From: an uncultured delta proteobacterium
GTDB taxonomy: Bacteria; Myxococcota_A; UBA9160; SMWR01
Length of the DNA stretch: 64,000 nucleotides
Assembly: GCA_963832165.1 (NCBI GenBank)
Contig: CAWHTE010000005.1
Location: forward strand, 288,001-352,000
Direction of reading: 5' to 3'
The notes below the pieces were generated by a model, which saw nothing but the letters and a program-made list of their open reading frames with translations, was not told the DNA's origin and did not search any database. A program made the translations under genes and the position numbers. Below are positions 45,211-54,376 of the stretch, piece by piece (the first letter of the stretch is position 1; every line of letters begins with the position of its first letter).

Positions 45211-46287
45211 GTGCGCATCCTCTCGCGCTACTTCGTTCTCGGCTACCTGACCTACTACGCCGCAATCCTCATCGTCTCGATCCTCGTGGTCGCAATCGTC
45301 GAGATGATGGTGAACTTCGATCACGTGATCGAGTACGGCGCGGGGATCATGGGCGCCGCCTCCTATCTCTTCCTGCGTCTCCCATCCTATTACCTGCCGT
45401 TCCTGCTCCCCGTGGGTTCCTTCGGGGCGGCGTTCCTGTGCCTCGGGCTCCCCGCGCGCGCGCTGGAGATCCTCGCGGCGCGCACGAGCGGCATCGCACC
45501 GCTGCGGCTCGCGGCACCCGTGCTCGCCACGGCGACCGTGTTCGCGGTGCTCGCGCTGTACCTGAACGAGACGGTCGTGCTCCGCGCCGCGCAGCGCGTC
45601 GACCGCGGGTCGGAAGGCGGTGAGCTGTTCCAGTCGCGGGGCGAATTCTGGTACCAACGCGGGAACACGCTGTTCAACATCAAGGCGGCGGACCGCGACA
45701 CCCGGACACTCCAAGGTGTCGCGATCTACGAGCGCGATGCCGCAGGCCGGCTCGTGCGCAGCGTGCAGGCCGAAGTCGCCCACATCCAGCCCGATCACCG
45801 CTGGCGCCTCGAGAACGCGCTGTTTCGCGACTTCCCGACCGGCGAACCCGAAGCCGCACCGCGCACCGAGGCGCGCGAATCGGCGTTCTTCGAGTTCGGC
45901 AGCTCGGCCGACCTCGCGCTGCTGGGCGCGGACCCGCGCGAGCTCTCGCTTCCGCGCCTGCGCGCGTACATCCATGCGGTCGACAGCGAAGGCCGCGACA
46001 CCAGGCGCTTTCGCTCTCTGTTTCATGCGCGGCTGGTCGACCCGTTCTCGGTGCTGCTGTTCGCGGTGCTCGCCACTCCGCTCGGATTCTCGGTGGAGCG
46101 CGCGCGCAGCCTCGGCGCGGCGGTGCTCCAGGGCATCGCGCTGCTCGGCGGCTATTACGGGCTGCAGACGACCGCCAGCGTGATCGGCGCCGGCGGGTTC
46201 GGCCCGGCCGCGTCGGTGGCCCCGTGGCTCGTGCTCGGCGCGTTCTCCGCGTTCGGGGCGTGGCGGCTCGCGCGCATGAGCGGCTGA
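45211..46287 (+). CDS. LptF/LptG family LPS export permease
   Basis: MRILSRY, 3+3 TM segments around a periplasmic domain, EILAARTSGI motif. Confidence 0.85.
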   Translation: MRILSRYFVLGYLTYYAAILIVSILVVAIVEMMVNFDHVIEYGAGIMGAASYLFLRLPSYYLPFLLPVGSFGAAFLCLGLPARALEILAARTSGIAPLRLAAPVLATATVFAVLALYLNETVVLRAAQRVDRGSEGGELFQSRGEFWYQRGNTLFNIKAADRDTRTLQGVAIYERDAAGRLVRSVQAEVAHIQPDHRWRLENALFRDFPTGEPEAAPRTEARESAFFEFGSSADLALLGADPRELSLPRLRAYIHAVDSEGRDTRRFRSLFHARLVDPFSVLLFAVLATPLGFSVERARSLGAAVLQGIALLGGYYGLQTTASVIGAGGFGPAASVAPWLVLGAFSAFGAWRLARMSG

Positions 46288-46309
46288 TCGGCGCGCGGGC
46301 GCCGCGCGC

Positions 46310-47188
46310 TCACTCGCGCCCCTGACCCTCGAGGTACTTGAAGAACTCGGTGTCGGGCGAGAGCACGAGCGTGGTGTGCCCGTCGATCGTCTTGCGGTAC
46401 GCCTCGAGGCTGCGCACGAACGCGTAGAAATCGGGATCGGCCGAGTAGGCCTCGCCGTAGATGCGCGCCGCCTCGGCGTCACCGATACCGCGCTGGATCT
46501 CGGCATCGCGACGCGCGTTCGCGACGATCACGCGCGCCTCGCGGTCGGCCTCGGCTCGGACCTTGCGCGCGCGCTCGTCGCCCTCCGCGCGGTTCTTCTT
46601 CGCGAGCCGCTCGCGCTCGGTCTTCATTCGCGCGTAGACCGACTCCTCGGTGCCGGGCGGCAGTTCGGTGCGGTTGATCCGCACGTCGTTCACCTCGACC
46701 CCGAGCGGCGCCAGCTGCTGATGTGCCCCCTCGGTGATCGTGGCCATGATCGCGGCACGCTGGCTCTCGAGCACCTCGGAGAGCGTGTGGCGGCCGATCA
46801 CGCTGCGCACGGCGTCGCGCACGACGCGGTCGATTCGCTGCTCCGCGGTATCAACGCTCCCGAACGAGAAGTTGAACTTGCGTGGGTCTGCGATCCGCCA
46901 GATCGTGTAGTTGTCGACCACGAGCTGCTCGCCGTCCTTGGTCTGGATTCCCTGAGCGTCGGTGCTGTTGTAGAGCCACGCGCTGGGATAGGTCCGGATC
47001 ACTTCGACGAACGGGAACGCAAGCGAGATGCCGGGCTCCGTCACGTCGCGCACGTCGCCGAACAAGAGCACGAGCTTCTGCTCTCCCTCGCGCGTGATCA
47101 CGACGGGCGGAATCCCGAGGTTGCCCGCCGCCACCGCGAGCACCGCAAGTGCGACGCCGAACAGCGCGAACAGCGCGAACTTCCTCAC
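46310..47188 (-). CDS. hflC: FtsH modulator HflC (SPFH)
   Basis: GTG overlapping the hflK stop; TKDGEQLVVDNYTIWRIADP, VYARMKTERER, DPDFYAFVRSLEAY, EFFKYL. Confidence 0.9.
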   Translation of the reverse strand: MRKFALFALFGVALAVLAVAAGNLGIPPVVITREGEQKLVLLFGDVRDVTEPGISLAFPFVEVIRTYPSAWLYNSTDAQGIQTKDGEQLVVDNYTIWRIADPRKFNFSFGSVDTAEQRIDRVVRDAVRSVIGRHTLSEVLESQRAAIMATITEGAHQQLAPLGVEVNDVRINRTELPPGTEESVYARMKTERERLAKKNRAEGDERARKVRAEADREARVIVANARRDAEIQRGIGDAEAARIYGEAYSADPDFYAFVRSLEAYRKTIDGHTTLVLSPDTEFFKYLEGQGRE

Positions 47189-48168
47189 TTCGCAGCCCGC
47201 GCTCGATCGAGCGGCAGATAGGGCACGACCTGGCCCGGCTTCACGATCACCTTCTCGACGCCGGGCAGCACCGATTCCATCGTCTCGAGGTAGAGGCGCT
47301 TGCGCGTCACCGCGGGCGCCTTCCGGTACTCGGCACTCACGGCCGTGAAACGCGCGGCCTCGCCGGCCGCCTCGGCGATGCGCGCTTCGCGGTAGCCGTT
47401 GGCAGCCTCTACGAGCTCGATCGCCTCGGCCCGCGCATTCGGGATCACCTGGTTGCGATAGCCCTCTGCCTCGTTCACATGCCGGCTCGCGTCCTGGATC
47501 GCGGCGACCACGTCGTCGAATGCGGCGCGAACCTGCAACGGAGCCTGGACGTCTTGAAGCTCCACGGCGTCCACCGCGATCATGTCCTTGCTGTAGCGGT
47601 CGAACACGCCCTGCAACGTGGCGCGCACCTCCGAGGTCAGGGCGGCGCGGCGTTCTCGCAACACGCCGTCCACGGTCATGCGGCCCACCACCTCGCGCAT
47701 GGCTGCGGCCGACGCGCTGCGCACGACGGACTTCAAATCGTCCACCTTGTAGAGCGCGGCGTAGGGATCCCCGATCCGATACTGAAGCGTGAAGCTCACG
47801 CGCACGATGTTGTTGTCGCTCGTCTGCATGCTCGCTTCGTGCACGAGCGCATCCGCGTCGGCGGGCTGGTCGGGTCCAGGGACGCCGAAGTCCTCGTTGC
47901 GCACCATACCCACGTTCTCGACCACACGGATCGTGATCGGGGGCGGAAGCGTCCAGTGGAAACCCTCGTCGCTGACCGTGCCGACGTGGCGGCCGAGTCG
48001 CAGCAGAATCGCCGCCTCGCCCGGATCGAGCGTGTACGCGCCCAGCGACAGCCACACGGCGAGTGCGCCGACCAGCACCGTGCCGAGCGTGAGGTTGCCC
48101 AGCGTCCGCGCGACCGAGCGCCGCACGCGCTGCTCGGTCGACAGCCCCTCCGGCTCCTCGTCGGCCAC
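47185..48168 (-). CDS. hflK: FtsH modulator HflK (SPFH)
   Basis: MQTSDNNIV, VRAAFDDV, NEAEGYRNQVIPNAR, AEYRKAPAVTRKRLYLETME. Confidence 0.9.
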   Translation of the reverse strand: MADEEPEGLSTEQRVRRSVARTLGNLTLGTVLVGALAVWLSLGAYTLDPGEAAILLRLGRHVGTVSDEGFHWTLPPPITIRVVENVGMVRNEDFGVPGPDQPADADALVHEASMQTSDNNIVRVSFTLQYRIGDPYAALYKVDDLKSVVRSASAAAMREVVGRMTVDGVLRERRAALTSEVRATLQGVFDRYSKDMIAVDAVELQDVQAPLQVRAAFDDVVAAIQDASRHVNEAEGYRNQVIPNARAEAIELVEAANGYREARIAEAAGEAARFTAVSAEYRKAPAVTRKRLYLETMESVLPGVEKVIVKPGQVVPYLPLDRARAAK

Positions 48169-48171
48169 TGC

Positions 48172-48942
48172 CTAGCGCCCCTCCGTCGATTCGCTCTTGC
48201 GCGCCATCTCGTAGAACGGCCGCAGGATGTCGATCGGGATCGGGAACAGCGTGGTCGAATTGTTCTCGGTGGCGATCTCGGCGAGCGTCTGGAGATAGCG
48301 CAGCTGGAGCGCCGACTCCTGCGACGAGAGCACGCGCGCCGCGTCGGCGAGGCGTTGCGCCGCCTGGAACTCGCCCTCGGCGTGGATCACCTTGCTGCGC
48401 TTCTCGCGCTCGGCCTCGGCCTGGCGCGCCATCGCGCGCTGCATCTCGACCGGCAGGTCGATCTGCTTCACCTCGACCGCGCGCACCTTCACGCCCCACG
48501 GCTCGGTCTGGTTGTCGATGATCTCCTGGAGCTTCTGGTTCACCTGCTCCCGCTCCGCGAGCAGCTCGTCGAGGTCTTGCTGGCCGCAGACGCTGCGCAG
48601 CGTCGTCTGCGCCATCTGCGAGGTGCCGTAGAGGTAGTTCTCGACCTGGATCACCGCCTTCTCCGGGTGGAGCACGCGGAAGTAGAGCACCGCGTTCACC
48701 TTCAGCGAGACGTTGTCGCGCGTGATCACCTCCTGCGCCGGCACGTCCATGACGATCTCGCGCAGGCTGATCCGCACCAGCCGGTCCACGCCCGGGATGA
48801 TCCATTTGAGGCCGGCCGCCTTCACCTCGCGGAACCGGCCGAGCCGGAAGATCACGCCGCGCTCGTATTCCTGCAGCACGCGAACGCCCATCAGGAACAG
48901 CACCGCGAGGATCGCGAACGCACCCAGAAGCCCTGTCGACAT
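48172..48942 (-). CDS. Slipin/stomatin-like SPFH protein
   Basis: [54 protein letters not shown]. Confidence 0.93.
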   Translation of the reverse strand: MSTGLLGAFAILAVLFLMGVRVLQEYERGVIFRLGRFREVKAAGLKWIIPGVDRLVRISLREIVMDVPAQEVITRDNVSLKVNAVLYFRVLHPEKAVIQVENYLYGTSQMAQTTLRSVCGQQDLDELLAEREQVNQKLQEIIDNQTEPWGVKVRAVEVKQIDLPVEMQRAMARQAEAEREKRSKVIHAEGEFQAAQRLADAARVLSSQESALQLRYLQTLAEIATENNSTTLFPIPIDILRPFYEMARKSESTEGR

Positions 48943-48972
48943 AACCTTCCTCCTGGCGCGAGCCGCCGCGCG

Positions 48973-50295
48973 TTAGGGCGTACCCAGCGCGCGTCGCACG
49001 CGCAGCTGCAGGCCCTCGACTGCAATCACCTCGACGCGCGAGCCGCGCGGGATCGTCTCGATGCCGACGGCGCTCCAGTACTCGCCGCGGATGAAGACCT
49101 TGCCCGCCGGATCGAGATCTCCCACCGCCTTGCCCGTCGTGCCGATCAGCTCGTCGACGCCGGCGGTCTGGCGCAGCATCATTGTGCGCCCGACCGCGAA
49201 CGCCACGAGTCCCGCGAACACGACGAACGCACCGACCGTAGGCACGAGCACCGGCCAGAACGACACCGACAAATCGCTCACCTCGGGAAGGTCGAAGACC
49301 ATAGTGCCCCCGAGCAGCATGCACAGCAGGCCCGCGACGAGCAGGACGCCGTAGGCGGACACGATGAGCTCCGCAGCGATCAGACCGATCCCGAGCAGGA
49401 GCATCATGAGCCCCACCCACGAGAACGGCAGGATCTGGAATGCGATGCCCGCGAGCACGAGGCACACGATCCCCGCGATGCCGGGCAGGACCACGCCGGG
49501 CTGGTTCACTTCGATGTAGAGACCGAGCAGCCCCGCGAGCAGGAGGATGAACGCGACATCCGGGCTCGCGAGCGTATTGAACAGACGCGTGAGCGGCGGC
49601 ATCTCGATCGTACGGCGCTCTGCGCCCGCGACGCGCAGCTCGACCGTCTTGCCCGCCACCTCCACCTTGCGGCCGTCGATCGCGCGGAACAGGTCATCGA
49701 CGTCGGCCGCCACCACGTCGATCACGCCGAGCCGGAGCGCCTCGTCCTGGTTGATCGCCTCGGCCTCGCGCACCGCTTTGGACGCCCATTCGACGTTGCG
49801 CTTGCGCTGCTTCGCGATCGCCTCGATGAACGCGGTCGTGAACTTCTCCGCCTTCTCGGCGCCGACGTCCTCGCGCTTGCCCTCGTCGTCGCGCGTGCCG
49901 CCCTCCCCGCTGGCGCCGACCGGTGACGCCGCGCCGATGCTCGTGCCGGGCGCCATCGCCGCGACGTGACCCGCCATCGTGATGAACGCGCCGGCCGAGG
50001 CCGCCCATGCGCCCTGCGGCGAGACGAACACGATCACGGGCACGCGCGCATTCAGCATCGCCTGGACGATGTCCTTGGTGGCGGCGAGCAGCCCGCCCGG
50101 CGTGTCGAGCTCGACGAGCACGGCCGCCGCACCGTCCGACTCGCTGCGCTTGATCACCTGCTGCAGGTGGTCGGAGGAGGCGGGATTGATCGAGCCGTCG
50201 ATCGTCACCACGTTCACGTGCGCGGCGTCCGCCGCGAGCGGAAGCGCACAGAGCAGAAGCCCGGCGATCTGGGCCAGGCTGTGGCGCAACCTCAC
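48973..50295 (-). CDS. nfeD: Long-form NfeD membrane-bound serine protease
   Basis: Signal peptide; LDTPGG, AASAGAFI, MAPGTSIGAASPV; TM bundle; OB-fold GKVFIRGEYWSA. Confidence 0.9.
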   Translation of the reverse strand: MRLRHSLAQIAGLLLCALPLAADAAHVNVVTIDGSINPASSDHLQQVIKRSESDGAAAVLVELDTPGGLLAATKDIVQAMLNARVPVIVFVSPQGAWAASAGAFITMAGHVAAMAPGTSIGAASPVGASGEGGTRDDEGKREDVGAEKAEKFTTAFIEAIAKQRKRNVEWASKAVREAEAINQDEALRLGVIDVVAADVDDLFRAIDGRKVEVAGKTVELRVAGAERRTIEMPPLTRLFNTLASPDVAFILLLAGLLGLYIEVNQPGVVLPGIAGIVCLVLAGIAFQILPFSWVGLMMLLLGIGLIAAELIVSAYGVLLVAGLLCMLLGGTMVFDLPEVSDLSVSFWPVLVPTVGAFVVFAGLVAFAVGRTMMLRQTAGVDELIGTTGKAVGDLDPAGKVFIRGEYWSAVGIETIPRGSRVEVIAVEGLQLRVRRALGTP

Positions 50296-51500
50296 CCGCG
50301 CTCTCCGAGCAGCTTCGCGATGCGGTCGAGCAGACGATCGGCGACCTCGTCCTTGTCGAGCGGGGGCAGCGACTCGACGTCGCCCGCGGGCCACACGAAG
50401 CTCACGGTGTTGCGGTCGCCGTCGAAGCCGGAGTCGGGCGCCGAGACGTCGTTTGCGACCAGGAGGTCGCAGCCCTTGCGCGCGATCTTGCGCCGCGCGG
50501 ACTCGATCACGTCCTCGCTCTCCGCGGCAAAGCCCACGATCACGCGCGACCCCTTCTCGCGACACAGCTCGGCGAGGATGTCGGGATTGCGCACGAGCTC
50601 GATCGCGATCCCGGCGCCCTCGGCGAGGTCCTCCTTGCGGATCTTGCGCCCCGAGACGCTTGCGGGCCGGAAATCGGCCACCGCGGCCGCCTTCACCACG
50701 ACATCGGCGCTCGCGAACTCGCGGCGCACTGCGTCGCGCATCTCGAGCGCGCTGCCCACGTCGATCCGCCGCACACCGGCGGGTGTCGCGAGCGAGCTGG
50801 GGCCGCTCACGAGCACCACTTCGGCCCCGCGCCGCGCCGCCTGACGCGCGACCGCGTAGCCCATCTTCCCGGACGAGCGGTTGCCCAGGAACCGCACGGT
50901 GTCGAGCGGCTCGCGCGTGCCGCCCGCGGTGACCAGGACGCGCACGCCCACGAGGTCGCGCGGGCCGAGCAGCTCCTGTGCGCGCTCGGCGATCCGCGCC
51001 GGGTCGCTCATGCGGCCCTCGCCCTCCCAGCCGCACGCGAGCTCGCCCGCGTCCGGGCCCACCCAGTGCGCTCCGCGCTCGGTGAGGATCCCCACGTTGT
51101 GCGCGGTGGCCGGATGGCGCCACATGTTCACGTTCATCGCGGGTGCGAGCAGCAGCGGCGCGCGCGTCGCGAGCACCACGGTGGAGACGAGGTCATCGGC
51201 GAGCCCCGCGGCGAAGCGCGCGAGCGCGTGCGCGGTGGCGGGCGCCACGATCACGAGCTCGGCCCAGTCCGCGAGCGCGATGTGATCGATCTGCCCCTCT
51301 TCGGCCGCGTCGAACAGGTCGCGGCGCACGGCCTGGCCCGAGACGGTCTGCAGCGCGAGCGGGCTCACGAACTCGGCCGCCGCGCGCGTCATGACGCAGC
51401 GCACGGCGTGCCCCGCGCGCCGCAGCGCGCGGACCAGCTCCGGCGTCTTGTAGGCCGCGATGCCGCCGGTCACCGCCAGGAGGATGCGCCGCTCTTCCAC
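50292..51500 (-). CDS. coaBC: Phosphopantothenoylcysteine decarboxylase/ligase
   Basis: TGGIAAYK, HIALADWA, APAMNVNMW, TAGGTREPLDTVRFLGNRSSGKMG, VGFAAES. Confidence 0.96.
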   Translation of the reverse strand: MEERRILLAVTGGIAAYKTPELVRALRRAGHAVRCVMTRAAAEFVSPLALQTVSGQAVRRDLFDAAEEGQIDHIALADWAELVIVAPATAHALARFAAGLADDLVSTVVLATRAPLLLAPAMNVNMWRHPATAHNVGILTERGAHWVGPDAGELACGWEGEGRMSDPARIAERAQELLGPRDLVGVRVLVTAGGTREPLDTVRFLGNRSSGKMGYAVARQAARRGAEVVLVSGPSSLATPAGVRRIDVGSALEMRDAVRREFASADVVVKAAAVADFRPASVSGRKIRKEDLAEGAGIAIELVRNPDILAELCREKGSRVIVGFAAESEDVIESARRKIARKGCDLLVANDVSAPDSGFDGDRNTVSFVWPAGDVESLPPLDKDEVADRLLDRIAKLLGERG

Positions 51501-51512
51501 GCGCTGCTCATT

Positions 51513-51679
51513 GTAGGGCGGATTAGCCCCGCAAGCCTCGCGCAGCGAGCCGAAGGCGAGCGAAGGCCATTCGAAGGGCGTAATCCGCCCTCGGCGATAG
51601 GCGGCTGCGGGATGGCGGATTCCGCTCGGTCGGTGATCCGCGTGTAGCTCGGTGGTACGCGCGAGCTAATCCGCCCTAC
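51513..51679. repeat. Inverted GTAG-type REP doublet (REPIN/BIME-like)
   Basis: GTAGGGCGGATTAGC at 51513 and its exact reverse complement GCTAATCCGCCCTAC at 51665-51679; each arm has an internal partner (TAATCCGCC, GGCGGATT). Confidence 0.85.
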
Positions 51680-52164
51680 GCGAACCGCTCGCGCAGCTTC
51701 TTGGCCACGAGCGGCGGCACGAACTCGTCCACCTCGCGGCCGAATCGGGTCAGCTCCTTGAGGCGCGAGGAGCTCACGTAGAGGTATTCCTGGCTCGGCA
51801 TCATGAACAGCGTCTCCACGTCCGCGTAGAGGTGCTTGTTCATGAGCGCCATCTCGAACTCGTACTCGAAATCGGACATCGCGCGCACGCCGCGAATGAT
51901 CGCGATCGCGCCGATCTCGCGCGCGTAGTCGACCGTGAGCCCTTCGAACGCCGTGACCCGGAGCGCGGGCTCTTCGCTCACCACGGAGCTGAGCATCTCG
52001 ATGCGATCCTCGAGCGAGAACGTCTCGGTCTTCCCGACGTTCACCGCGACCGCGAGCACCACCTCGTCGAACAGCCGCAGCGCGCGCCGCGCAATGTCCA
52101 GGTGGCCGTTGGTCACCGGATCGAAGCTGGCCGGAAAGAGCGCGACCCGCCGCGCACTGCTCAT
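51676..52164 (-). CDS. coaD: Pantetheine-phosphate adenylyltransferase
   Basis: FPASFDPVTNGHLDI, IIRGVRAMSDFEYEFEMALMN, VSSSRLKE. Confidence 0.95.
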   Translation of the reverse strand: MSSARRVALFPASFDPVTNGHLDIARRALRLFDEVVLAVAVNVGKTETFSLEDRIEMLSSVVSEEPALRVTAFEGLTVDYAREIGAIAIIRGVRAMSDFEYEFEMALMNKHLYADVETLFMMPSQEYLYVSSSRLKELTRFGREVDEFVPPLVAKKLRERFA

Positions 52165-52739
52165 GCTTCTGAACCCCCCTGATCGGCCGGCGCCGGGAGG
52201 CCGGCCCCCAACCACTCGAGTTCGGTGTCTCCGTAGCGCCGCACCTCGTGCGACACCAGACCATCGATCGCCGGCAGAGGATGACGCCGACTGCGCTCGA
52301 CGACCACGGTCGCGCCCGGCGCGAGCAGCTGGCCCGAAACGAGCTGAGCGAGCGGGCCCGTGAGCGCGCGATCCTCGTAGGGCGGATCGACGAGCACCAG
52401 ATCGAAGCGCCATCCCTCACCGGCGAGGCGCCGCAGTGCTCCGCGCGCGTCACCGCGCACGACGCGCGCGCATTCGTCGAGCTCGAGTGCGTGCAGATTG
52501 CGGCGCAGCACAGCGAGACTCGCGTGACTGCGATCGACGAACACTGCGCGCTCGGCCCCCCGGGAAAGCGCTTCGATGCCGAGCGCGCCCGTGCCTGCGT
52601 ACAAGTCGAGCACACACGCGCCGTCGAGATCGCGCAAGCGCGCGAACAACGCCTCGCGCACGCGATCTGCCGTCGGACGAACTCCCGACGGTGCCGCGAC
52701 GAGACGTCGTCCTCCCAGTCGACCGCCGGTGACACGCAT
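52161..52739 (-). CDS. rsmD: 16S rRNA m2G966 methyltransferase
   Basis: MRVTGG, VRPTADRVREALF, LDLYAGTGALGIEALSRGA, DPPY, RRYGDT. Confidence 0.93.
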   Translation of the reverse strand: MRVTGGRLGGRRLVAAPSGVRPTADRVREALFARLRDLDGACVLDLYAGTGALGIEALSRGAERAVFVDRSHASLAVLRRNLHALELDECARVVRGDARGALRRLAGEGWRFDLVLVDPPYEDRALTGPLAQLVSGQLLAPGATVVVERSRRHPLPAIDGLVSHEVRRYGDTELEWLGAGLPAPADQGGSEA

Positions 52740-52862
52740 TTGTGCGTTTCTCTCACAGTTCTGTTCACAGTGGTCGCGCATTTTCATGTTGCCCGCCACG
52801 CGCTCATTGCTAGGATCGCCGTCCCGTAACCCCCGCTTGCGGCGACACAGGAGAGAGACGGA

Positions 52863-53108
52863 ATGACGATTGCCTCGGTGGACCGCATCAAACGCAAGCT
52901 GCCCGATCGAATTGCTCAGATTCGCGGCGAGCGATCGCAACGACAGTTCGCGCGCGATCTCGGCGTGTTTCAACAGAACGTGAATCGCTACGAGAGCGGC
53001 ACGACACCGCACACGGACTTTCTGATCACGCTCGCGGTGAAAGAGAACGTGTCGATGGATTGGCTGCTGCTCGGTCGCGGAAAGATGAAGCGCGGCGGGC
53101 GCCCGTAG
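52863..53108 (+). CDS. XRE-family HTH transcriptional regulator
   Basis: RIAQIRGERSQRQFARDLGVFQQNVNRYESG...VSMDWLLLGRG. Confidence 0.88.
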   Translation: MTIASVDRIKRKLPDRIAQIRGERSQRQFARDLGVFQQNVNRYESGTTPHTDFLITLAVKENVSMDWLLLGRGKMKRGGRP

Positions 53109-53364
53109 CGCGCGCCTGATAGTCGCAGTAGCGCTTCCGCTCGATCTGGCCTTCGGAAGGCACGGAACATGGGACCCCTGCCGCGGGGCTGATTCCGCCC
53201 CGGAGGGGGTCCCCGCACGGAACCGGTGGCGGCAGGCGACCTCCGGAGTGGAAGAAGACTTCCCTCCTGCCGCGACCGCACCCGGGCGCTGCCGCTCGAT
53301 GGACAGGCAACCGGCCGGGGCAAGCCCGCACGGCCGCGGCCGAACTCGCGTTTCGAGCCGATTG

Positions 53365-53380
53365 GGGCACGCGGCTTGCT
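53365..53380 (+). promoter_or_regulatory. Sigma54 -24/-12 promoter
   Basis: GGGCAC-GCGGC-TTGCT matches TGGCAC-N5-TTGCW; GGAGG RBS and GTG start 35 nt downstream. Confidence 0.72.
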
Positions 53381-53414
53381 TTTCAGGAGCCCCGAGACCG
53401 AATCCGGAGGCTCT

Positions 53415-53747
53415 GTGTACGTCCTGGCGATCCTGACGATCCTGCTGTCCGCAGCAGACCATTGGACGACGTACCTCTGCCTCCGGGCGCCCGTCACGGG
53501 CTGGCACGTTGCCGAGGCAAACCCGCTCGCGCAGTGGCTATTCGATTCGTTCGGTCTCGTGCCCGGGCTGCTGATCGATAGCGGCGTCACGCTCGGGGCG
53601 ATCGCGTTCCTGCTCTCGACCCACCAGATCCCGAAGCTGACCAAAGGGCTCTTCTTCGGACTGGTGATCGCGGGCACGACCGTCGCGGTCTACAACAACT
53701 GGGTTGCGATCCAGGCGTTGGGACTCTCGCCGCTGGGGAGCGCCTGA
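53415..53747 (+). CDS. Small membrane protein, DUF5658-like
   Basis: GTG after GGAGG; ADHWTTY...EANPLAQWL motif; hydrophobic helices. Confidence 0.72.
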   Translation: MYVLAILTILLSAADHWTTYLCLRAPVTGWHVAEANPLAQWLFDSFGLVPGLLIDSGVTLGAIAFLLSTHQIPKLTKGLFFGLVIAGTTVAVYNNWVAIQALGLSPLGSA

Positions 53748-53749
53748 TC

Positions 53750-54361
53750 ATGCTGCAGTTGTCCCGCATTCGTGTCCTTCCGCTCGCAGCCCTCGTGCTC
53801 TTTTCGCTCTCGTGCGCGGTGACCCCTGCGCGTCTGCCGATCGCAGACCTCGCTGCGCCCGTCGCCGCCGCGCCGGCTACGGGCGATCCGTCCGTCGCAG
53901 CGGTGCGCGCGCGGCTCGCGGTCCACCAGGCGCGCACGGGCCTCACCGATGCCGAGGTCGATCGGCTCGCGCAGACGATCGTGGTCGAGGCGCGCCGCTA
54001 CCACTTCGATCCCCAGCTCGTGCTCGCGGTGATCCACGTCGAGAGCCGCTTCGATGTCTACGCCGTCTCCCCGAAGGACGCGCTCGGCCTGATGCAGCTC
54101 CTGCCCAGCACGGGTGAGTGGCTCGCTCCGATCGTGGGCGTCGAGTGGCACGGCCCGCAGACCCTGTTCGACCCGATCGCGAACGTGCAGCTCGGCGTCG
54201 CGTACCTGCGCCAGCTCACCGACCGCTACAACGGCAGCGTGCGCACCGCGCTCCTCGCCTACAACTGGGGCCCGGGCCGCATCGACCAGGTGGTGGCCGC
54301 GGGCGGCCCGTTGCCGCGCGAGTATTCGCAGCTCGTGCTCGCGGCGTACGATCGCTCGTAG
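53750..54361 (+). CDS. Lytic transglycosylase (SLT domain), probable lipoprotein
   Basis: LSC lipobox-like; AVIHVESRF, ALGLMQL, ALLAYNWGPG. Confidence 0.9.
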   Translation: MLQLSRIRVLPLAALVLFSLSCAVTPARLPIADLAAPVAAAPATGDPSVAAVRARLAVHQARTGLTDAEVDRLAQTIVVEARRYHFDPQLVLAVIHVESRFDVYAVSPKDALGLMQLLPSTGEWLAPIVGVEWHGPQTLFDPIANVQLGVAYLRQLTDRYNGSVRTALLAYNWGPGRIDQVVAAGGPLPREYSQLVLAAYDRS

Positions 54362-54376
54362 CCGATCTGCGGCGGG

